Part shown: piece by piece, positions 49,170 through 60,306 of the stretch
Layout of the letters: each line of letters opens with the position of its first letter
How positions within the stretch are numbered: the first letter of the stretch is position 1
Assembly: GCF_009834535.1 (NCBI RefSeq)
Contig: NC_045697.1
Location: 1,428,001-1,492,000, forward strand
DNA: 64,000 nucleotides
Origin: Camelus ferus
Lineage: Eukaryota
Direction of reading: 5' to 3'
Notes under the pieces: generated by a model
Databases searched by the model: none
Told to the model about the DNA's origin: nothing
The model's input: the letters and a program-made list of their open reading frames with translations, nothing else
Program-made: the position numbers and the translations under genes

Positions 49170-49897
49170 TTTTTTATTGATTTTTTTCCAGACAAATTTA
49201 ACAGGTTTATTTATAATTGCTGTTAAGTTGAACGCTGAAACTTGTTCACTGAAACATTTTGACTTGCATTAATGCTTTATGTCCCCACATTTATATTAAA
49301 GATTCACACACAAATGAAAATGGGAAAACTACCAATATCTGATTTCTGTCCCATTTTTCCACTTAGATACCTTTTGACCCCATGGGAAAAAAGTATCGAA
49401 CGTTCAGAACTACCGGTAACAGGAAGAAGATAATTTTTTTTTAAAGAATGAAATGCTTCCCATCATAGTCGATTCTTCAGCTCGTTCTGCACGTGTGCGG
49501 CGTGCTAGCTGCACGTCTTCGGGCGCAGTTGTCACGCGTCTGGCATGGATAGTAAGCACGCAGGGTGGTGTCTGCAGAAAGGCCCAGCAGCTCTCTAGGC
49601 CTCCGGTGTCCCCCGCAGAGCGCTCACCAGTAGCTGCAGGTCTGCTTTGAAGTCCTGAGCAGCTTCCTGCACCAGACCCAGGAAGGGAAGTTTGTGAACC
49701 CCAGGTTCAGTGGACTTCTGGTAGCGGGTGGTTTCACAGAGTGCTGCGGGGCCCGGCCTGCGGTGCCCGGCTTTCCGCACCGCTCCCCGGCAGGGCGCAC
49801 GCTTGCTGGCCGCTTTTGTGCCACTTCTTCTAGGTGCTTTTCCACCGCTTTGCAGGCCGTCTGGTTTGTATGAGCCACGGTATAGGGACCTCCTTGC
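49170..49897 (-). pseudogene. H3F3A: Processed pseudogene of histone H3.3 gene H3F3A (H3-3A)
   Basis: Intronless and degenerate H3 translation (e.g. RYQKSTE..KLPF..LV.E.AQDFK.DL). It has an H3F3A-type leader (aggaggtccctatacc) and an H3F3A-type 3' UTR with AATAAA (49206-49211) and a decayed A tail. The start codon is GTG (49876-49878), the stop has become GAA (49476-49478), and there are frameshifts. Confidence 0.93.
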
Positions 49898-50599
49898 TGT
49901 TCACTCAGCGAACATTCACTTAACGCATGCTCTTTGCCAGTTACTGCAGTTGTTCCTGGAGTTCAGTGATCTCTGTCCTCTCACACTAATTATTCGTGGG
50001 ACTGTAATTACAGATTTATTGCTTCTTTGTTACAATATTTGAGAGAACCTTGAATACTGAGGTGAATTGGATTATGAAATACATGCTTTCAGTTTTTATA
50101 AATCTTATATTTCATTTCTCTTTTGTTTTTAGGTTTATATGGCCTGTACAATTTGTGTCCTTTAAAATGTAGGTTTTTGTTTGTTTTTTGGTAACAATGT
50201 TTGGTCAGTTTTGTGTTTCATAGAGCTTAACAAAAGAAGCATTCAGTGGAGTTTAAATTTCAACATACATCAAACAGTTAAGCCTTATTTGAATTTGTCA
50301 TTTATGTTTTTGTTCACTTGGTTTGCTACAGATTGATAGGTGCCCTGTTTGATGATTGGCAAATTCTGTTAATTTTGATCCGGAGACTTTACTGGTTTTT
50401 GCATTATGTTTTTCAACATGTTTATTTTCATACTGAGTCATGGCTTTTGTGTCTTCATTAAAATTTTATCTCCTACTGACCTTTCCTACTTATAATATTT
50501 TTCTAATTTTAAGATTGCTACCCATGCATTTAATTGCATTTACCTGCTTTATTTTGCACGTTTAAAATTTTTGTCATTTTAATAACAAGTAGCTGCCAT

Positions 50600-51020
50600 T
50601 TTGACTTAATGATTACTACGTGCCACGTCCTCTTTTAAGCACTTTACTTGTAATATCTCGTTTGATTTTGTGGCAGTCCTCTGAGTGGATTTTTAAAAAG
50701 TCCTCCAATTGTAAATGAGGAAACTGAGGCTTGAGGGTAAATGGCTTGCTTAAGGATAAGCAGTGAGTCCCTTTCAACCGCTGTTGTATTTTATTTTGAG
50801 TATATACTTTCTAAGTAGCCGTAGGGTTCAGTGTTCTAAAAAGCAAACAAACTTAATATTTTTTAATATCTTATGGGGTTTCTGTTTCTCAGAGGGGAAA
50901 AAAGAGTCCTCTAGAGATTGAGTGACTCCTCGAAGTTATGTAGCTTGTTAGGAGATGGAGTTGGGGTTCAAACCCAGACATTCTGTCTGGCTCCAGAACC
51001 CCAGGCTCTTCTGCCAAACA
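50600..51020 (-). mobile_element. MIR SINE fragments
   Basis: gtaaatgaggaaactgaggcttgag...ggggttcaaacccaga..tctgtctggctccaga. Confidence 0.6.
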
Positions 51021-51479
51021 CTGTCTTTGTGCAATTTCTCCTTTTAGTTACTACTGACCAGTTCATCCATTTGTGTTAGTCTGCCCTTGACAGTGAGTGG
51101 TGCTGGTAAAGACACGAAGGCATTCTGTTCGTTTGTGCCCATTAATTCCATCATATTCTTGATACATGTTTTGGCATATTTTATTTAGAAGCATGTGTAT
51201 GTATACAAACAGAATCATAGCTGACTAAATTTTGTTTGGTTAGGGAATATGGTTCAGGGTAATTTATTAATTTTTCTTCATTCTGTTTCATGATATAAAT
51301 TCAGATGGTGGAAGAAATTTATCAGCATTAATGTTACTACTCTTGGAAGACATGTCAATAGTCAATATTTTGGAGGAAAGTTTAGTTTAGAAATAAATAT
51401 TTTTTTAAATACGTACTTTTTGAGATTGACTACCTGTTTCATGTTCTCTTTATCCGTAACTGTCAACATATCTGGTCAC

Positions 51480-53500
51480 TGTTTTTCTTTGTTTCATTTC
51501 ATTTTTTTCAATCCTGTTGGTTCAGAGGCATTAGGAGTCCAGACGGTCAGGCTACCTTCTGGTATACTGAAACTGTTATCACCTGGTGCCGGTATTCAGC
51601 TCTTGGTTACTAAGACTTCTAACCTATCAGAACCAGAGCTGTGGGGATGGGAAGGAAAAACTTCCTGGATTGGTTGGTCCTTAGGTGTAAGTGAGCTGCG
51701 TCCCTCCCTTGGACCCTTCTTTCCTGGACAGAGGAGAGCATCGCCATCTACTGGTCATCTGTGCAGAGCATATACAGCTGCAGCTTATGGGTCAGCTCCT
51801 TAATCCTAAAGGTCTCCTTTTGGTGTGGTGAGCAGGCCATTCCACCGTTCTCTGGAGCCAGTTGCTTCTGAGTGAAGGAGTATGTCACAAGATGAGTGAG
51901 TCCAATGACCGTGGACCCATCACCTGACTTTTGTCATAGAACAGCTCCTTCGTCAATGTTATGTCCTAACAGTGGATAAGGCGTACAGTAAGTCCAGAGA
52001 TGGTGACGTTGGGGAACAGACATAGTGTATCAGTCTGGGTCCAATCAGGAGACAAAATCATATACTAGTACACAAGGGATGTTTAATATAATAAGGAATT
52101 ATTAAGCTATGCTAAAATAACTGTAAACTGGAAAAAGAATGCTAAACTCTTGGGCGCAAGGATAGTACCCAGAGAAGGACACATTTGGAGGGGACCACTC
52201 CCCAGGCTGGAGTTCATACCTTGTTGGAGCCAATGTGGTTGCAACTGGAGTGCCTGGGCCAGAGCTAGTCCACCGTCACTGCGCAGGTGAGCTGAGGCTG
52301 TTGGTGGGGCCTGCAGAGGGAGTCAGGGCACCCCTGTAGGTGTGAGTCCTAGGAGTGTGTAGTCTGTGTTGAGGGGGAAGGGTGGGAAATGCACTTCTAG
52401 GGCTTGGATGAGCCATTGTTGATGGGCAGGTGGACAGAAGGAACCAGGGCACCAGTGCTGGAGCCGATTGCTGGCATAGTAGCCCCCTTCTACTGGAACT
52501 TGTCTGTCTGTCACTTGGGCTGGGGAAGCTCTGTGTGTGTCAGAGGTTGGGTAGCGGGCTCACAAGACAGACCCCTGATGTGTGGAGGCATGGGCTGAGG
52601 ACAGGGTGCAGGAAGCAGTGTCTGGGACTGCCAGCCACGTGGCTGCTTCTCAAGTCCAGAGCCGGATAGAGCACTGGATACTGGAGATGGATACCTAGCT
52701 TCGGAAAGTCCAGGTCGCCCTGGGCGAAGCCCATGTTGCTGAGCAGATTCATCACTCCCATCCTTGCCACCATGTCTCTGTTCATGAACTCACTGAGTAA
52801 GAGCTGGTGAAAAGAGGTGGAGAGACACGTGTGGGGCAGGCGGGTCATCGTGTCCACCCAACCATGGGAGCTGCTTCTGCAGTGGGTGTCGTTGTTGAGC
52901 ATTCACCCAGGACACACGTGTCTTTGTGCTCTGGCCCAGCCTCAGCCCCCTTCTCTGGATCTCTCCATCTCCAGTTATCCCTCCTTGTCCTTTCCAAGTT
53001 CCTGACCGTCCAGCCGAACGTGAACTACTGTCAGTGAACCGGTGTAAATCTGCGCCTCTGGCCGTTTCTCCTTCCTGGCCGAGGGTGCACCGGGCACGCT
53101 CTGGAACGTCTGCTCGCTGCTGGACCTGCCCTCCCCAGGGGGCCTTCAGGACCCTCTCTGACTGCAGTCAGGCTGCAGCACATCATTTAGGACCATCTGT
53201 AAATGGACTCGAAGTTTTCTTCCTTAGTTACTGGTCTGAGGACCGCCCCAAGAGGCCGTGGGTGCAGTTTCTGACGAGGTGGCAGGGCAGCAGCCTGACT
53301 GCGGCACACGGGATTTCAGGAACTTGAACAGGTTGTCCTGAAGGGAAGCTCGGGTGCGTCCCACATCACGTAGCTGGCCCCTTCGTGTCTGCTGCCGTCA
53401 CTTTGAAAACTGCCGGGGGGGATGCATGACAAGTCCGAGCCGCCTGGAGGGCCTTCTGCTTGTTCGTTCAGGGGATAGTGCCCCCCCTGTGAGTGGCACT
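51480..53500 (-). mobile_element. ERVL-class endogenous retrovirus internal (pol) relic with an LTR-like insert at ~52026-52640
   Basis: Antisense peptides ERWNGLL (integrase, ~51830-51855), HEQRHGGKDG...AQQHG (integrase Zn-binding region, ~52730-52790) and FTDG (RNase H, ~53190-53205). Confidence 0.75.
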
Positions 53501-54239
53501 GTGGAAGGTGGTGATAGAAGGAGTGTGACTGGGACAGTCTCTGGTCCCACAGAGTTTGCAGCCGGTTCTCTGGGGAGAGAGAGACAAGCACACCTAGTGA
53601 GGAGGCTTGTGAGAAGAGCAGGGGAGCAGGAGGAGGATGTTACTAATGGGAGAGAATGAGTCAGGTTTTGAAGAGAAGATGATGCATGAGTTACAATGAA
53701 AGATGAGGGCTGTCTTCCGGGTGGGTAATGAGAAGAGAAGGCCCCCCAACCCTCCCCAGCTGGTGGGCTGGCAGGGAGGAGTCAGGCTTCCTGGATTTGG
53801 ATCCTGGCTCTGTGCCGTTAGGTGAGGTCACTTAATGCTCTGGTCCTCAGCGTTCGCAGCTTTACAGGAGGCGGCAGGGCCTCCTCCGGAGCCAGTGTGG
53901 CAGGCGGAGGAGGGGGTGGACGTGGAGCACTCTCACAGCCGGCACTCGGCGCGGCGCTGTCTGCACAGCTGTGCGTCTCGCTCTGCCCTGGCTCTTTTGT
54001 CGTATTGAAACAGATCCCTCCCCTGCCATTTTTCCAGGGGCCTGAGTGTATCTGGTCTTTGGGTCCATCTCCAGCACCTGGTGGGTCTTCAGTAGATGCT
54101 GACTGACCTGCATAGAAGAAGTAGGCAGACAGGAGAAAGATTGTTTTCTAATTTCTCTCAGGATATCCTGGTGATGTGTTTTATTTGCATTTGCCTCTCT
54201 GCACTCACTGTAGACCATCAGGTGAGAACAGACCCTTTT

Positions 54240-54903
54240 GCTTTTTTTTAATTTTAACTTTTTTGAAGTAAAATACTGTATTTTATTGTACACAGACTAT
54301 ATTCAAGCAAACCACCCACTCTGAAAACAGCAGGTTCTGACTTTCCCCAGAGCCCCAGAAGAATATAAATTGGAGCCTCTAGGAGACAGTGCCTTCCCCA
54401 GAGCGGGAAGTGTGAGAGAGACTGTGTGTGTGTGCATGTGTGCATGTAACCTTTTGATTCCGGGGGTCCAGCCAGCCTCAGCTGTAGCTGCACACCCTCC
54501 TCACCTTAAACCCCAGCTCCAGCTTCTCTGGTCCAGGAGGAGGTCTCAGTCTGGGGCAGGCGTAAACTAGTCACTCAACTTCCATCTTATTCTTTTGCAA
54601 AGAATCGCCGAAGGCTTGCCACTTTGTTGGGTAAAAACACTTACAGACGTCGATCTCGTTCTGAATCTGTTTTGGGGCATCTTGATAGTAATTCTTCTCA
54701 TCCCGGGCCATCGCCTTACAGTCCTCGCCATGGGTCTCCACCATGCAACGAATGTAGTCAGTGAGGTCCCGAGAGAGCATGTTTCCTTTCTTTTCTGGAA
54801 GGCTGGCTTCAGCCTCTAGGCCTTTCTCTTAGGAAGGGGCACCACCTTGTTGCGGTCCACAGCCAAACCCATCTCGGCCAGGTTCTGCCATACCAATTTG
54901 GTG
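54240..54903 (-). pseudogene. NOP16: 5'-truncated processed pseudogene of nucleolar protein NOP16
   Basis: Translates to QNLAEMGLAVD.N..VPL.KRK and LEAEASLPEKKGNMLSRDLTDYIRCMVETHGEDCKAMARDEKNYYQDAPKQI...SLQKNKMEVE*. It has a 3' UTR, AATAAA (54282-54287) and an A-rich tail. A 16-bp TSD GAGAACAG(A/G)CCCTTTT lies at 54224-54239 and 54904-54919, with a TT/AAAA nick site. Confidence 0.93.
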
Positions 54904-55672
54904 GAGAACAGGCCCTTTTAACCGGATCACTTGGCACCGTTATATTGAGGTCCTTTCAAGCAGGGGTCTGAGTAGGCGGTGATCAGTCCTAGGACCCCAG
55001 CCTCTTTGCCATGTGCACCTGGGAGAGCCAGCTTCTCCAGGGGAGGCTTCCGGGGCCTTCCTCTCATGGTCATACAGTGAATATTTTTAAAGTTAATTGT
55101 ATCTTTACTCCCCCAAAGGGAGTGAGTAATTTTTAAAATATGTATCTTGAGAAAGTAAGAATACAGTGCATACATGGAATGTTTTTTGAGCTGTCAGATT
55201 CACAGTGATTTTTGAAAACTCAGTCTTTCTCATTAGTCAGATGACACTCGTTTGACGAGGGTGGAGACAGTGACCCCCCCTCAGGGATCAGGCCTCCATG
55301 ACCTTGTGAGGTACGTGCTTATATTGTGTTGATCTCTTGGTGATTTCTCACCGTGTGCCGTGTGGGCTCTGAGCACGCTGCGTGTGCTCCCGCGCGCCCC
55401 TCACAGCGTGGAGGGTGTCTGCCGCCCCAGCTAAGAGGCTGGGCCTGCCCAGCACCCCAGGACTTCCCTTGGGCCCCTGTGCCAGTCCACCCTTTCTCCC
55501 TCAGGCAGCCAGTGGGGGTTATTGACAGGATTTGATTAACATTTATCGCCTTGCTAGCTCTTTCTGTTTGTTGTACTTACTCTTTCTTCTTCCTCTTTTC
55601 CTGCCCCTTTAGGATTTAACGTAGCGTGGTTATGGTTATGATTTCATTTTATCTCTTCTGTTGACTCATTTG

Positions 55673-55813
55673 GTTGTTTTTTAAATTATTATTATTATTT
55701 TATTTTGGGAGGAGGTAATTAGGTTTTTTTTTTTTAATGGAGGTACGGGGGACTGAACCCAGGACCTCGTGCGTGCTGAGCATGCGCTCCATCACTGAGC
55801 TGTACCCTTCCCC
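55673..55813 (-). mobile_element. Vic-1-like SINE
   Basis: Antisense A/B boxes; TSD TGACTCATTTG at 55662-55672 and 55814-55824. Confidence 0.88.
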
Positions 55814-57126
55814 TGACTCATTTGTTTATACCTCTTAAAATATTCTTATGCTTGTTGTCTTTGGGTTTACAGTGTACATTAAAATCAATCCAGAGTTTAC
55901 CTTCAAATGATACAACACATGCTTCACGGTGTATTGTAAAGGCCTTACACAGGGTGTTCCCAGTTCTTCTTTGTGCTGATGATGGCATTCATTTTGCTTT
56001 CACATACGCAGTAAACACAATGCATTGCTATTTTTGCTTTTGAAACTCAGTCATCTTTTAATGCAACTTTTTCCGAGGAGGGAAAAACTGATTTTATTTT
56101 ACTCATTGTATTCCGCTTCAGGACTCTTCATTTCTTTGAGGAGATCCCAAGTCTCAGTCTTACACCATATTCTTTCTGCCTAAAATATTTTCTTTATCAT
56201 ATCTGGTAGGTTAGGTCTCCTGGTGTTGAATTCCTTCAGTAGAATTTATTTAGTATTTCTTTCTGAGAAGGTCTGTATTTCTCCATTATTTTTAAAAGAT
56301 ACTTTTGCTGGGTATGGAAATTTTGAGTTATAACAGGTTTTAATTTTTGTTTTGTTTTTTTTTTTTCTTCTTTCAGTGCTTAAAAAATCACTCCACTGTC
56401 ATCTGGTTTACATGGTTTTTCATAAGAAGCCTGCTGTAGTTCTTATCTTTGTTCTTCTGTGTGTAATGTTTCTCTCACCTCTGGCTGCCTTCAAGATTCT
56501 CACTTTTTGTTTTCAGCAGTTTGGAAGTGACATATAACCGGGGTTTTTGTTGTTGTTGTTGTTTGTTTTTTGATTTATCATGCTTGATGTTCTCTGTGCT
56601 TCTTGGATCTGTGGTTTGGTTTGTGTCATTAATTTTGGAAATTTCTCAACCATTATTTCTTCTGCTCTTTGTTCACCTCTTCTACTTACATGTATGTGAG
56701 AATGTTTTATATTGTCTCACAGCTTTGTGCTTTTCTGTCCAACCCCCCGCATTCCCACTCATTTTTCTCTTTGTGTCTCAGTTTGGGTGATTTCCATTGA
56801 CCTACCTTCAGCTTTACTGACTGTAGTTTTCATGTCTGCTGAAATTACCCATCTGATCTTCCACATTGTCCATCTTTTCTGGTATTAGAGTCATTAACAT
56901 ATGAATCATAGTTACTTCAGAAGCCCACTAGAGTCTACATCCTGAGTACAGTTCCCTTCCTTTCCCTTTATAGGTAACCACCAAACATACATTCCTAAGT
57001 GCTATGGTTTTGTCTGCTGGTGAACTTTATATGAATGGAAGCTTACTGATACAGTCTTTGATGTATAGCTCCTTTCACTCAACAGTGTTTTTAAGATTTG
57101 TTTTGAACTAAGCTACAGTTTGTCTA

Positions 57127-57274
57127 TTTTTTCTTTTTTTTCAACTTTTTTTTTGAGGGGGAGGTAATTAGGTTTATTTATTTTCTGTATTTTTAGGGGA
57201 AGTACTGGGGACTGAACTAAGGACCTTGTGCATACTAAGCATGTGCTCTACCACTTGAGCAATACTCTCCCCCC
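57127..57274 (-). mobile_element. Vic-1-like SINE
   Basis: Antisense copy flanked by a cagtttgtc TSD. Confidence 0.85.
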
Positions 57275-57687
57275 AGTTTGTCCGTTTTAATTGCTGAATA
57301 GTATTTTATTGCATGAATAGACTACAATTTATTTATCCATTCTGCAGTTGAAGGGCATCTGGGTTATTTCCAGTTTGGAGCTGGAATGAATAACCTTGTA
57401 CATATATTTTGGCTCATAAAACTTAATGTCAGGAAGGATATATATTTAGAAGAGAAATTACTGGGTCATAGTATATGTGTATTTTCAAAGTCTTAAAATA
57501 ATGCTTATTTCCTGCATGGTTATATGTATTGCCACTTTACTAGCAGTGTGTGTGAGTTCCTTTTGTTTCATATTTTTGACTTAATATGGTTATAATTTCT
57601 CATTTTAGCCACTCTGCTTGGTTCATGGTGGTATTTTACTGTAATTTTAATTTACATTTCCTTGATTACTTGTGAAATTACCTTTTT

Positions 57688-57808
57688 TGTGTGTGGGTGG
57701 GGGAGGTAATTAGGTTTGTTTATTTTTTAGAGGAGATACTGGGGATTGAACCCAGGACCTTGTGCATGCTAAGCATGCGCTCTACCACGTGAGCTATACC
57801 CTCCCCAC
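57688..57808 (-). mobile_element. Vic-1-like SINE
   Basis: Antisense copy flanked by an aaattacctttt TSD. Confidence 0.88.
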
Positions 57809-58331
57809 AAAATTACCTTTTTAAATAAAAATTATTTTTCTTTTTTTATTGAAATATAGTCAGTTTACAATGTTGTGTCAATTTCTGGTGCACAGAATAA
57901 TGTTTCAGTCATACATATACATGCATACATTCCTGTTCATATTCTTTTTCATTACAGGTTACTACAAGATATTGAATATAGTTCAATATTCTGTATTGAA
58001 TATACAGAGTATTATGCTGTTCAGTACAAAGTTGTTGTGTATCTATTTTGTATATAGTAGTTAGTATCTGCAGAAGTAAGGAGTAGAAGTAATCTTGAAC
58101 TTCCAATTTATCCCTCTACCCACCTTCTGCACCCTGTAACCAACCATAAGTTTGTTTTCTATGTCTGTGAATCTGTTTCTTGTAAATAAGTTCATTTGTG
58201 TTTTTTTTTAGATTCCACATTTGAGTGACATCATATTGTATTTTCCTTTCTCTTTCTGGCTTACTTCACTTAGAATGACGATCTCCAGATCCATCTATGT
58301 TGCTGCAAATGGCATTATTTTATTCTTTTTT

Positions 58332-58457
58332 GGGGGGCAGGGTATAGCTCAAGTGGTAAAGTGCATGCCTAGCATACACAAGGTCCTGGGTTCAATCCCC
58401 AGCACCTCCTCTAAAACCAAATAGACCTAATTACTTGCCCCCCCCCAAAAAAAGAAA
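58332..58457 (+). mobile_element. Vic-1-like SINE inserted in L1 3' UTR
   Basis: gggtatagctcaagtggtaaag...cctgggttcaatccccag...acctaattac. Confidence 0.88.
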
Positions 58458-58484
58458 GAACCAGCTAGTAGTAGTATTTCTTTG

Positions 58485-58490
<6 letters not shown>

Positions 58491-58524
<34 letters not shown>
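58491..58524. repeat. (TG)n microsatellite, ~17 units
   Basis: Direct reading. Confidence 0.95.
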
Positions 58525-58527
<3 letters not shown>

Positions 58528-60153
58528 CACAGCTTCTTTATCCATTCATCTATCGATGGACATTTAGGTTGCTTCCATGTTTTGGCTATTGTGTATAGTG
58601 CTGCTATGAATATTAGGGTGCATGTGTCTTTTTGAATTAGAGTTCCCTCCAGATATGGGAGGAGATTGCTGGATCATATGGTAAGTCTATTCTTAGTTTT
58701 AAAAAAATCTCCATACTGTTTTCCATAGTGGCTGCACCAAACTATATTCCCATCAGTAATGTAGAAGGTTCCCTTTTCTCCACACCCTCTCCAGCATTTA
58801 TCGTTTGTGGATTTTTCATGATGGCCATTCTGACTGCTGTGAGGTGATAATTAGCTATATTAAGCATTTTTTTCATGTGCTTATTGCCGTTTGTATGTCT
58901 TCATTGGGGAATTGCTTGTTTGGGTCTTCTGCCCATTTTTGGATTTTTTTTTATTATTATTAAACTGAGCTGTTTATATATTCTGGAAATTAAGCCCTTG
59001 TCACTTGCATCATTTCCAGATATTTTCTCCCATTCCTGTAGGTTTTTTGTTTGTTTGTTTTGTTTTGCTTATAGTTTCCTTTGCTGTGCAAAATCTTCTA
59101 AGTTTAATTAGATCCCATTTGTTTATTTTTGCTTTTATTTCTGTTGCCTTGGTAGGCTGACCTAGAAGATTTATATCAGAGAATGTTTTGCCTATGTTAC
59201 CTTCTAGCAGATTTATGGTGTCGTGTCTTATGCTTAGGTCTTTAAGCCATTTTGAGATTGTTTTTGTGTAGGGTGTGTGTGTTCTAACTTCACTGATTTA
59301 CATGCCTCTGTCCAACTTTCCCAACACCATTTGCTGAAGAGACTGTCTTCTCCATTGAATACTCTTTGTTTCCTTTGAGATTAGTTGACCATGTGTGGGT
59401 TTATTTCTGAGCTCTCTCTTCTGTTCCATTGATCCATATGTCTGTTTTTGAACCAGTACCACACTGTTTTGATAACTGTAGCTCTGTAGTATTGTGTGAC
59501 GTCTGGGAGGGTTATTCCTCCAGCTTCATTCTTTTTCTTAAGTGTCGCTTTGGCAATTGGGGGGTCTTTTGTGATTACATTTAGGTTTTAGGATTATTTG
59601 GTCTAGTTTTGTTAAAAATGTCCTGAGTAATTTCATAGGGATTGCGTTAAATCTGTAGATTGCTTTGGGTATTATGGCCATTTTAATAATATTCTTCAAA
59701 TCCAAGAGCAAAGGATATCTTTCCATTTCTTTAAATCATCTTTAATTTTCTTAATCAATGTTTTGTAGTTCTCTTTGTGTAAGTCTTTCATCTCCTTGGT
59801 CAGGTTTATTCCTGAGTATTTTATTTATTTATTTATTTATTTTGATGCAATTTAAAAGGGGATTGTTTGTTTACTTTCCTTTTCTGTTAATGTTGGTGTG
59901 AAGACACACAACTGATTTCTGTGTGTTAATCTTGTATCCTGCTACCTTGCCAGATTCTTTTATCAGCTCTAGTAGTTTTTGTGTGGAGACTTTAGGGTTT
60001 TCTCTATATGGGATCATGTCATCTGCATATTCTGCATTTATTGAGATGGTCATGTGATTTTTGCCCTTTTTTTAATTGATGTGATGTATCATGTTGATTG
60101 ATATGTGTATGTTGAACCATCCTTGTATTTGCGGGATGAATCCAATTTGATCA

Positions 60154-60306
<153 letters not shown>

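Larger units (their letters stand above)
55560..57680 (-). mobile_element. Old L1M fragments hosting SINE insertions
   Basis: T-rich antisense L1 phrases (ctggctgccttcaagattctc, gggttatttccagtttggagct). Confidence 0.6.

Noticed and set aside
49595..49878. Possible novel histone H3 variant gene
   Set aside because: Start and stop codons are lost and there are several frameshifts, so it is a processed pseudogene.
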